Positions 54,137 to 64,000 of a stretch of DNA of 64,000 bases are shown in pieces. Position 1 is the first letter of the stretch. Every line of letters begins with the position of its first letter. The translations under genes were made by a program, and so were the position numbers. The notes under the pieces were generated by a model. The model was not told where the DNA came from and searched no databases. It saw only the letters and a program-made list of their open reading frames with translations. Location: contig CDRNST010000027.1 of the NCBI GenBank assembly GCA_977016875.1, positions 2,976,001 through 3,040,000 on the forward strand, read 5' to 3'. The DNA is from Pavona decussata (Eukaryota).

Positions 54137-54928
54137 TCAATCTGTCTCTTCCTCGTCCGTTTGGTCCTTCAACCATTCAAAAAGCCTGGTAGCTTTTATC
54201 TCGAGGTCATTATGATACCTTGCCTCAGCTTTCTCCAAATGTTTCTGCAAGGCTTGACTGCGGTCGTGTTTGTGAGGGACTTTGGTACCTACCGCGCAAA
54301 GCTTTATACCGTCAACTGATCCTATGTCTTTAGTAAATTTGTGATTTTCTGGCTGACTGATCTGCGGTAATGGCTTCGGAGCAAAAGTGTTTTCTCCTTC
54401 GCTTTCTCTGCATGAAAGTGAAACTATCTCTGTAGGAGCTGGAAGAGAGTGTCTTCTGCCAATAGCTTGGTGTTTCCCTCTGATTTTGGGAAGTGCCACC
54501 GAGTCTGCATCAACAGGTGCTGGACGACGTCCAACACTCAAGCTTCTTGTCATAAGAGGACAAGAGCTCTTTCGCTCCCTGATTTTCTCCTTAAAAACTG
54601 GGGGATCGAGGCTCCTCCGTGAGACTCCAGGCAATTCAGCTTCCCTCGTTTTAATCTCAAAAGCACTACGAGCCTCCAACTGGTGAGGCCGGTAGGATAC
54701 CATCAAGGGACGGCTGAAGACGTTTTGGACGTCAGGTGCATTCGTGAAAGCTGAAGTGGTTGGAGCGTGTATAGAATGTCGTCTGCGTCTTGGTAAGCCC
54801 TTTGCTAGATTTGAGCTGAACGAACTGTGTTCTAACTTCTCGAACGAATTACTTATTTCCGTGAAAGCTTCTGGCAGAGAAACAAAGCGTGGTCTGCTCA
54901 GTTTAAGGACAGTTTTTGAGTCATCCAT
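54137..54928 (-). CDS. Orphan Ser/Arg-rich protein, type A (263 aa)
   Basis: 792-nt ORF; C-terminus HLEKAEARYHNDLEIKATRLFEWLKDQ; many RRxS and RxxSxP motifs; AATAAA at 53911-53906. Confidence 0.85.
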   Translation of the reverse strand: MDDSKTVLKLSRPRFVSLPEAFTEISNSFEKLEHSSFSSNLAKGLPRRRRHSIHAPTTSAFTNAPDVQNVFSRPLMVSYRPHQLEARSAFEIKTREAELPGVSRRSLDPPVFKEKIRERKSSCPLMTRSLSVGRRPAPVDADSVALPKIRGKHQAIGRRHSLPAPTEIVSLSCRESEGENTFAPKPLPQISQPENHKFTKDIGSVDGIKLCAVGTKVPHKHDRSQALQKHLEKAEARYHNDLEIKATRLFEWLKDQTDEEETD

Positions 54929-57209
54929 TAGGAAGGGATCATGGCGGAACGTGTTGCTTTCGTTTTAGCTCAGTGAACTGTCTCGAGCTGTCAAATCACC
55001 GGCTAAAATGCGATAGTTTGCAATTCACTCAAAGTTTTCACTGAAATCTGCATTGGTAGGCATGGTGACTAGGACACTAACCAATCAAATGATTGCTTTT
55101 GACACCAGCATTATTTCCCTTTGTGGTATAATTAACGGGAAATTAATTCAACCTCATCACACTATATGAACAAGTTTGTAAAGGCTGGAAACTGATGTTA
55201 ACACCTGAGTTGCAAATTAAAATTAAATGGTTCTGTCCAAATATAGCATGCCAAAACAGAAATTTGTTGCTTGTCACCCGTTCCGCCAATAATCATTCAA
55301 AAATCATTTTCAAAACTGAAAAATGGCGCTAAATTTCATCATCAAACTCATCAAATATTCTCTCCGATTCATTCGTTCCATTTTCCAAAACGTTGAAACA
55401 ACTAAAACAAGACACAATAGAAGAGTTTCTCCTCAGTGTGGATTCCATTTTAATGACCAATTTACGGAGATGAAATCAAAGTGCCAGGCCAGGTTTGATA
55501 CTCGGGCCGAAGGAATGGGTTAACAATGCAAGTAAGGAAGTAATTTCTGAGAATTGTATGCATGGAAATTAAACATGTAAATTGGTTGTTTAGACTAAGT
55601 GCAATACGAGCAGGACAAGCTAAAGGGAACCCCTGTTAAGCAGTTGCGAATTAGAAAAGAAAGCCGGCCGGAAAAAACGAAGTCAATCAATTAGTTCACC
55701 AAGCCAGAGTTTCTGATTAATAAGTAAATCACATATAACAAAATTTCAGTACACAAACCACTGGCACGCAGTGAGCATTAATAACAAGTAAAGTACTTGA
55801 TTTAACTTCAAAACCCAAATATTTATAAGTGCTTGTCATTGCCTCAAGGATCATTAAATTTTGTATCTTTTCTAAATACTTTCCTGTTGATCAAACAGAC
55901 TGAGTGACCTTGGGATTTATTATCATTTTGGAGTTACTTTCTCTCCCCCGGTCGACAGATAAGCTTGTTCAATGTTCAGTGTTCAATCTTGAACGTCAAC
56001 AATTTAGAGAATGCATGGATTGGATAAGTTTGCCAGGGCGATAAATCATTTATTTTCTTTTGTACCTGTTCCTTCTATTGTTTTCCAAATGAGTGCGCTT
56101 CATTCATAACATAAACAACAAAAAAGATACTTTTAGAACTGAACTGTTTCTCAACTCTGACTCAACTCAAAAAGACCGGACGCACTCGTTTAATAAAAGT
56201 GTTGTGGCAAGAAAAAAAGCGAAAGAGCGTCCAAAAGCACGACCGAGGCGTTTGAATCTACCCGAGAATTATATCGTGATCTTTGAACAGAATGACAGGG
56301 ATAAAATTGATAGATACTCGACTCAAACAATTGGACATGCAGTCAACGGTGAAGACAAAAGATTTTAACAAAGTATTGGTTGCGTTGGTGGAGTTTTGGA
56401 CAAGTTTTTCCGGCGTTATAAGCCTGCTTCAGAAAAAATAAGCTTTCTAGAATTCCAACGTCAACATTTTCGTTTTCTTTGAAACCTCATTTTGAACTTT
56501 TTGCATTTTATCTAAAAGTGGCATTTTTCACTCCCCTCCACTTCAAATTGATTCGACCCTTTAGAGTCGGCGCGTTTTTACAAGTGACCACTTTTTAAAG
56601 TGTTTTCTAAAGGCTCCATGCATTTCAATAAAACTGGCCTATAGCCAAAACCGCACCGAACGCAAGTTGCGAAAACACCTTAAGTTTACAGCCAATCCGA
56701 CCAATTAAGTAAAACGTTATGCTAACTGTAATTTACGTTAGATTACTGTAAACTTTACCTGAGAAACTACAGAAATCATTTGGTTTAATATTGTGCTTCA
56801 GTCAGGAATACATTGCTTTGCATTGACAATGCAAGGCCATGGCGTTTCGTTTTCTCCCAAATAAGCCCATCTTTTTTTGTCCAGGCGTGCTTCAATGTAC
56901 CTGCCGTCACTGTACAGCAAGAATATTATCACTGGATGTAAATTTTATTTTCAATCTCAGCAAGTCTGGACGTGCTCCTATGTTTCTAGCTTCACAGTTC
57001 TCCACGCTTCGCTGCTTGAGTTCATACATGATCAATAACTTATAATGGCACTTGTGATTATTGTGGAATCGGAAAAGGCTGTCGTTAATTAATAATTTCG
57101 CATACTAAGCACAAAGTGTCCAAAGAACACATCAACTGGCCATATTTCGGTCGGGCGCTGAACAAAACTCATTTAACTGCGAATACATACATCGATTGCC
57201 TTACTCGAA

Positions 57210-57971
57210 ATGAACTCTGGCGAGAGAAGGCGTTCGTTAACGAGCGAAAGCGCAGATGGAACCATAAAGAAAAACGAATTCGAGGAGCGTCGACTACAAA
57301 GAAAACTTCTCGAACTTGAAGAACTTTCGGTGAAACAACAAAAGAAACGCAAAGAAGAGCAATTGGAGTACGCTTTGTGCAACCTTTCTCTGGAAGACAT
57401 GGGGAACTTCAGCGGCTTGACGAAAAAGATTCTAAGATCAAGTTTTCTGCCTCCGATTAACCGCAAAGGGAAAGAATGGAGCAGCGACTCGGACGGTCGC
57501 ACACCAGAAAACAGGCGCGACATGATAGCAGAAAGACTAAGAGGATCGAAGATGATTCAAAGATATACGGAAGGCAGAGGGCCACGAAAATTGACCAGGA
57601 CTTTATCTGCAGATTCAGGGATGCTTTCATATTCCGAGAATCCACAGAATGTAACGGAGCAAAGAAACACTGACCCGCCAAATCATTATTCTGCTTTCCT
57701 TAAAATGTATTCCGGTCGCCGAGCGATCTCGTTTACTGAGTTTCAAACTCGCGACAGATCTGATGAAAAAATTGCAGGGGCGATTGCCAAAGACAGCGTC
57801 CCTGCACGATCAGTAAAGACTGACACCAGCTTGTTGATGTCAAGACATAAAGCTCCGAGTGAGGCGATAGGAGCCGGTTTCGTTCAAAATGGACGAAAAG
57901 TGAAACACCAATGTGTTAGCGAAGCCTTGGAATACAAACTTAAGATGCGAGAATTGGCACGGAAATCGTAG
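57210..57971 (+). CDS. Orphan type B protein (253 aa) with CCDC190-like N-terminal coiled-coil
   Basis: 762-nt ORF; NEFEERRLQRKLLELEELSVKQQKKRKEEQ motif; AATAAA at 58173-58178. Confidence 0.85.
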   Translation: MNSGERRRSLTSESADGTIKKNEFEERRLQRKLLELEELSVKQQKKRKEEQLEYALCNLSLEDMGNFSGLTKKILRSSFLPPINRKGKEWSSDSDGRTPENRRDMIAERLRGSKMIQRYTEGRGPRKLTRTLSADSGMLSYSENPQNVTEQRNTDPPNHYSAFLKMYSGRRAISFTEFQTRDRSDEKIAGAIAKDSVPARSVKTDTSLLMSRHKAPSEAIGAGFVQNGRKVKHQCVSEALEYKLKMRELARKS

Positions 57972-59688
57972 CCTTTTTGCTTGTTCTAGTGGAACAAAAT
58001 CAACATTTGCAATTCAGGCAGGATTTTGGGCGGAATCATGTATACGTGATTGAAATCGTGTGAACCTTTTAAGCATTAGCAGTTATTATGTATGTGTAAA
58101 AGCTAGTACCTGGATTTCCCTGTTAACTCTCTTCAAGTGATAGATATTTTTACTGTTTAAGGTGTGAGAAAAAATAAAGCGTTTATTTACACGTTTCATT
58201 GTGTGTTTTGAAACTAGCCAAAAAGACCTTTTTGGCGGAAACCTTCGTCAAAACAAACAGTACCACTTGTTAGTACTAATGAAGAGCGTTGTTGACGTTA
58301 ACATTTATCCACAGTGATACGAACCCGTCCCCACTTTTTATTCTATCAAACGAACCAAAAACATTTCTACTCATTTGCTTTCCGTTGATTAGCACTGTTA
58401 CAAATTATAATTTCCTTTGTAGACTTAGAGTTAAAACCGCTTTGTACAGCACAATAAACCAATTACAACAGGGGTGTCTGTTTGGACGGAAGAGGCCATG
58501 ATTAGTGGCGTACGATATCTGTCATTCACAGCAGACACAGCCAATATGACATTCAAGCAATACACTTAACATATTGTCTCCTCTGTCCCAAATCACGTTG
58601 AACTCTTTTAAAGATATGTAATACAGATTATTCTGGTTGGTTGCTCTAGCTAAAAATTTAAGTTGCAGAAAGCCGGTAAGGAAACGCTATCTCATTCCCT
58701 GAAGTTACCAGCTGTTGTTGGTTTTACGGAAAATGTAAGCTGACCCTTTTTTCGCAGTCTTAACGACATATTTGCCCCTCCGGAAAAAAAGTAGTGTTCC
58801 AGTGTTACAAACTTTGAGATGGCATTTTGTTGGAGAAAACTTTAGATCTTCTTTACGACTCAATCCATATTTCAGAGGCCATGAAGTCTTTCCAAACAGA
58901 TATTCACAAAAATTAAACACCTTGAACAAACATACCTTATAAACAGCACAGCTGGAAAGTTCTGCTACTTGGCTTTCGTTTGAAAGTCAACACTCAATCC
59001 GGAATTTAGATTCACAGGCTAAAAGGTTGAAACCACCTTCTATAGCAAAACACAAAGAAGCTTAAGGAGAACAGCTGCAAGAAACCAAAATAGATAAAAA
59101 GATAACGTAGTGTTACGTAATCGGCAATCGCCAAATTAAAATTGGCTTCGTACCGGTCAAAATCAATCATATTTTGTTTTGGGTAGCAACGCAGACTCCG
59201 TTTGTTCAATTGTCAATTCATGTTATACAATCCGGGCTTGATTGTTCTCTTGTGCTATTCAAAGGTTAGATCTGTATCTCGCTTTGGTTCATCTAATTAA
59301 ATTAACGGTAGCAAAATACACAATGCCGACAAAAACAGAAAAAAACGGAAGTCTTAAAAATAACAAGAGTACAAGAATGTGTCTCGTTAAGCAAATGTTA
59401 AAGTTCCTGTAAAGAAAAAAATAAATTATGCTCATTTGAAAGGCCGTTAAAAGTGACGAATAATGTGTTATCGTTTCCGACCTGTCCTCTCTCTTTCAAG
59501 AGATATTCAAGTTTTTTGTTCAAAAAACTTCACAAATCGTCTCAGTACGCAGATAAATCTCAAAATCAAGAATAACTCGGGAAATATTGGAGTGATGCTG
59601 TTCAGACTTGGCAACAGAAATGTACCTAGCTTGGGTAAGATACAAAATGACGCCTACTGTTCTGTTGCCATGGTAATAGTTTTCCTTT

Positions 59689-60938
59689 CAGGCCCCAGTT
59701 GTTCAAAGAGCGGATAATTTTTACCACCGGATAGGTTACTATCCGGCGGATGAAATGTGTGTAAGGTTTTCCCGAAAGCCCAATTATTTGTGGATAAAAT
59801 AGAAGCAAATGTCAAATTTAAGGGTGGGACAGTGTCTGGAAAACTTGCCAAAAGCATTAGTTGGAGTACATTCGCTCTTGAACATCCTATCTTCATCTCC
59901 CCGCTGCGCAAACGTTTTTAAAGCCACACCTCTTGTTGCCTTCCGACGGACCAACAACCTGAGTGATTTACTAGTTAGCGCCAAACTACGTAATCCCACA
60001 CAAAACAACCTACCCCATAGATCTTTTCGGTGTGGGGACAACTGTTTAACTTGCAACTACATAACAGACGGACGTACCAGCTACACATTTCATTCTACCG
60101 GCGAAACTAGACATATTACTCATCATATAGACTGTAACTCTAAAAACGTTATTTACATGGTACACTGCAACCGCTGCCACAAACAATACATAGGAGAAAC
60201 AAAACGACGACTTAAAGACCGTTTTAACGAACACCGTAGACCAGTCGACAAACAAACAAACAGTTCCAAACCCACCACAGTTTCAGAACATTTTCAGTTT
60301 CTAACGACCATAACGCTTCTGACATGCTACTAATTCCTCTCGAACTCATCAAATCTAATCGTGACAGTGTACGCAAAGCTAGAGAGGCATACCTCATCGA
60401 CAGAGGTCAAACTATTGAACCTTTAGGTCTTAATAGGGGAGATGAGACATGAACATTTTTCCCGTCTTTCATCTTCCTAAGTTATGTAATTACTGAACTC
60501 ATTGTTACGTATTTTGTTTTCGTCTATTACGTGGTAACGTTAGCTTATACCTATTTACCAGTTGTATTTTAAAATTTCAAATTGTAACGTTTTTGTTTAT
60601 GTAACTTTTTTCAGGTATCTATTGTACCTGTTTAAATTGTAACGTATCTTGCCACAGGGTCAGTCTCAAACATACCATGAAGAAGAAAGGCCGTGCCTTT
60701 CGAAATATTGGAAAATATACTTCCCTGACCGTGAAATCAGCCTTGCTCTTTTTTTAGATTATTTGCTTTACAATTTTTTTGTTGATTAGATCCTTCACTA
60801 CAGGATCCGGTACTTTTATTTTGTCACGGTGGTCCTTGCAAATACAGTTTATCACTGGTTTTTACTGTACATTTGCTCTGCTGGATAGTGACTTATCCAG
60901 TGGATAAAGTTATCCGCTCTTTGAACAACTGGGGCCAG
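59689..60938. mobile_element. MITE interrupted by a Penelope-like insertion
   Basis: 27-bp perfect TIRs ggccccagttgttcaaagagcggataa / ttatccgctctttgaacaactggggcc. Confidence 0.8.
59879..60866 (+). mobile_element. 5'-truncated Penelope-like retroelement (GIY-YIG endonuclease remnant plus pLTR)
   Basis: Cys-containing linker and NVIYMVHCNRCHKQYIGETKRRLKDRFNEH; frameshift near 60295 continues ...RKAREAYLIDRGQTIEPLGLN to TGA at 60452; 13-bp TSD gtacatt[c/t]gctct (59866-59878, 60867-60879). Confidence 0.92.
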
Positions 60939-61516
60939 ATCTATTTTATGCTCAATTGACATTCTTATTTTTTTTCTTAATCAGACATCACTTACTCCCA
61001 GTGAGCCGGTGAGGATACGTAGGGCAATAAAGGCACTTCGTGCTACTCAAGTACGACTTTCTGCCTCTCACTTGTCTTGTCGAAAATGGAGATATTTGGT
61101 TCATAGCAGAAAGGGACTGGGGCAGAGAGGCATGGCAACATCAAAATGGGTGTCATTTTGCGTCTTACCTGGCGTACCAGCATTACTGAGTGGTGCAGAA
61201 AACTTGAATGGGATCGCTCTAATTTTTCCAGAGATATTCTTGTTTTGTGATTTATTTCTCTGGAACGAGAGAAGATATTCTAAAACAAGAAAACGCCTTT
61301 CTTCTACTCTTTGAAAGGCCCTTAAAATAGGCATAAATTATTTAAACTTTATTACACAAAAGCAAGCACTGTTTTACTGAGTCAAGTCCAAGCAACAACC
61401 GTGGACGATAATCCTGCTGGTATACGTTGGATCAATTGTAGATCTGATCGGCTTTAACAAATACAAATGATAAAAGAAGCAGAGACCGATACAACGTAGA
61501 ATTACGGTTTAAAGGT

Positions 61517-61555
61517 TACTATATTTCGGCTGGCCAAACCAGCCTTCTTCAGGTA
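61517..61555 (-). ncRNA. Minimal hammerhead ribozyme (intact copy)
   Basis: Same core and stems as the 14460-14498 copy. Confidence 0.75.
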
Positions 61556-61600
61556 TAATGAAAATTTACATTGGGACAGTCCCAATGTAAATTTTCATTA

Positions 61601-61639
61601 TACCTGAAGAAAGCTGGTTTGGCCAGCCGAAATATAGTA
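61601..61639 (+). ncRNA. Minimal hammerhead ribozyme (G>A at the base of stem II)
   Basis: tac-CTGAAGA-a-agctgg(tttgg)ccagcc-GAAA-ta-ta-gta. Confidence 0.65.
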
Positions 61640-62581
61640 ACCTTTAAACCGTAATTCTACGTTGTATCGGTCTCTGCTTCTTTTATCAACTGTTTTACTG
61701 TCTAGTAAAACGTGACTTATTCTGACCAGTGTCAGGCTTCAATATTCATGATGACGTGAATTTTCACTGCAACTGTCTTGAATCCTGTTTGGTGTGATTG
61801 GCTTGCTTAGCTCGATTCCCGGGTTGGGTTGGATGAGGAACAATGAATCGCATGTAACCGGGGGGGGGAGGGGGTACTCCCGATAATGAACTATACGGGG
61901 AGACTCCGCCTGAAAGGGGTACCTTTTATAGGATGAAGGTATAAAAAAGAGCAGGGAAAACAGTGATTTAGGTATTTGAAAAGGGCCTTTCAAAATATAT
62001 CCAACAGACCCAACGAAAAAAAAAATAAGTTGCAAAGAAATCCCCGTGTGTTTTTGTGGTTTCTACAACGAGACAATTATTTTAAAGCATTTTCTTCTTG
62101 AATGTCCACTTTATTCTGCCCCTAGAATTAATCTACTCTCCTCTGCTGCTCGCATATTTGCTGACAGGTGGTTTTCCATGTCTAAGGCATAAATAGTATC
62201 AGTTTTTCTGTTTGGATCACAGTTACTTTCTCCTAAGCAAAATAATGATAGTGTTTCTACTGTAGGTATGTGAAAGGGTAATCGTCCTTTCATATATCTC
62301 TCACAAGAGATGGTAACTCTCTTGTCAAAAATGATATATAAAAGGATTCTGGAGCGGAGCCTTTCTGTCAGCGTATAAAAATTCCTTGAGAATCTCCTCC
62401 CCCCTCCCCCTCCCCCTCCATCCCCGGGTACGTAAAAGAACAGAGTGCCTCAGTCAGGAATTCCTTGTTACTTATGCGAGTGTTTTGAGAGCGATTTGCA
62501 GTATGACTACTGTTACTGGGATCACTTACATTGCAGGACAAGAACAATGAATTTCAACAAAAGCCGATTGAACCAATCACG

Positions 62582-62843
62582 AGTAAAAACCAGTGATAAA
62601 CTGTGTTTGCAAGGACCACCGTGACAAAATAAAAGTACCGGATCCTGTAGTGAAGGATCTAATCAGCAAAAAAATTGTAAAGCAAATAATCTAAAAAAAG
62701 AGCAAGGTTTAAATTGTAACGTATTTTGCCACAGGGTCAGTCTCAAACATACCCTGAAGAAGAAAGGCCGTGCCTTTCGAAATATTGGAAAATATACTTC
62801 CCTGACCGTGAAATCAGCCTTGCTCTTTTTTTAGATTATTTGC
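62582..62843. mobile_element. Solo inverted-plus-direct pLTR of the same Penelope-like family as 59879-60866
   Basis: 62582-62707 is the reverse complement of ~60741-60866; 62707-62843 matches 60630-60766; caatcacgagta duplicated at both junctions. Confidence 0.85.
62752..62788 (+). ncRNA. Minimal hammerhead ribozyme in pLTR
   Basis: cc-CTGAAGA-a-gaaaggc(cgt)gcctttc-GAAA-ta-tt-gg; 7-bp stem II; distal ggtcag/ctgacc pairing. Confidence 0.7.
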
Positions 62844-63842
62844 AATCACGAGTAGACGGAATTACTTACTGTTGGTATCATACTGTGATCTGATTGACCA
62901 GTATTAAGTGACCCCGGTAATAATAGTCGCACTGTTATGAGCGTCTGCCTTGGTTTGACAACGAAAGTTGTCCGATCTCTTGAAATCGGTCGTTTCCGGA
63001 CCGGAAGGATGTAAAACGGACGGACAATAAGTCATCTCAGACTAGACGGAGAAGCCGTCTTGATGTGGAAACGGGATGGAAATGATTTTGGACATAAAAA
63101 CTGTCCGATTTAATGATAATCTCATAACTTGTGACCTTCTTTTAATGATAGAGCGACAAATCGAGGAGCAAATTTAGACGACTCTTTAAAAGTTTAAAAT
63201 CACACTTAGAGGATTTGTGAGTTTGCTCGTTGTACGAGTCAAGTTCGAGTCAGGTTCCGTTTCTTCTGTTTTCTTTTTCCTTTTGCTTCGTGTTTGTCTT
63301 GACCAAGGTCTGTGATTGTGATTCTTGCTTTCATAATGATGAGCCAACTGAGTCTTCGAAGCATTTTAAAAACATGAACGAGATGTCGTTGTCAACGCGA
63401 TCAAGTGAATTCCGTCATGCATTGGCAGCAAATTAACCGCAGTACTCATTCATTCTCGCCATCTATTATTTCCCTGAAAGGGTTTGTCTAATGTTGTTGG
63501 TGACTAAAACTTCAGTCACTATGCCTTGTGAAACCCACGTGATGGGAAATTAAAAATTCCCGTGGCCGTCTACATTTGCCCGCGAAGGGTAAAGATTCTA
63601 TTCTATGTTATCCTTGGTATCCTGTGGACGCAACAAGATGGCGCTTGAGGCAGGTAATACTTCACCACCGTCCGTTTTCTTAGTCGGGGAAATGGGATCT
63701 CTGCTTCAGGTGTATGCAGCACTGCAGCTACAGGCCTTAATTTTCCTAGGAAATTTATGAAAACTAACTGATGTGGTTTATCTTTCCACAGCAGCAGTGA
63801 ATCACAGCAGTAATGACTCTAACGATCGATGTCGAAAAAATG

Positions 63843-63928
63843 TACCCTGCGAGCAGAGTCTCCTTCGATCTTCTTAGATCAGAGCCGACTAATCTAGGAA
63901 GATCAAAGGAGACTCTGCTCGCAGGGTA
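63843..63928. mobile_element. Palindromic MITE (TACCCTGCGAGCAGAGTCTCC termini)
   Basis: 86-bp near-perfect hairpin; flanks cgaaaaaatg / cgaaaaatg. Confidence 0.8.
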
Positions 63929-64000
63929 CGAAAAATGTTGCAACTGAAAGTTATTTTTTCCGTTTACCATTAACACATCATTATATAAAAAAAAATAACA

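Larger units (their letters stand above)
61380..61688. mobile_element. Penelope-type mini-element with a 221-bp palindrome carrying two opposed hammerheads
   Basis: 110-bp arms (61468-61577, 61579-61688) with one mismatch; 12-bp TSD actgttttactg (61368-61379, 61689-61700). Confidence 0.85.

Noticed and set aside
19735-57681. ORFs antisense to or overlapping the real genes (19735, 25175, 31298, 40579, 54387, 54744, 57173, 57457)
   Set aside because: Shadow frames of coding sequence with no independent support.

Overview
Eukaryotic, AT-rich, intron-containing DNA. The repeat types resemble those of cnidarians, probably a stony coral (inference). There are no prokaryotic features, rRNA, CRISPR or intact tRNA. 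The one recognisable gene is a spliced RBM24/RBM38-family RRM gene (minus strand, ~31.2-32.9 kb). Around it lie five orphan genes with single-exon CDSs, encoding basic, Ser/Arg-rich, probably disordered proteins of two motif-defined types. Type A (19521-20099, 40502-41053, 54137-54928) shares a C-terminal H..E..Y..K...L..[WF]L..Q helix. Type B (24757-25385, 57210-57971) shares a 30-residue N-terminal N.F[QE][DE]R.L..K...L-x13-EQ coiled-coil resembling CCDC190. The first type B copy is broken by a 26-nt fold-back insertion. At the left edge, three candidate alternative first coding exons point to a gene outside the window. The rest is repeats: a 5'-truncated Penelope-like element (GIY-YIG) nested in a MITE, hammerhead-ribozyme-bearing Penelope-type mini-elements of three families, palindromic MITEs, a tRNA-derived SINE and several tandem duplications. 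All alignments were made by eye.
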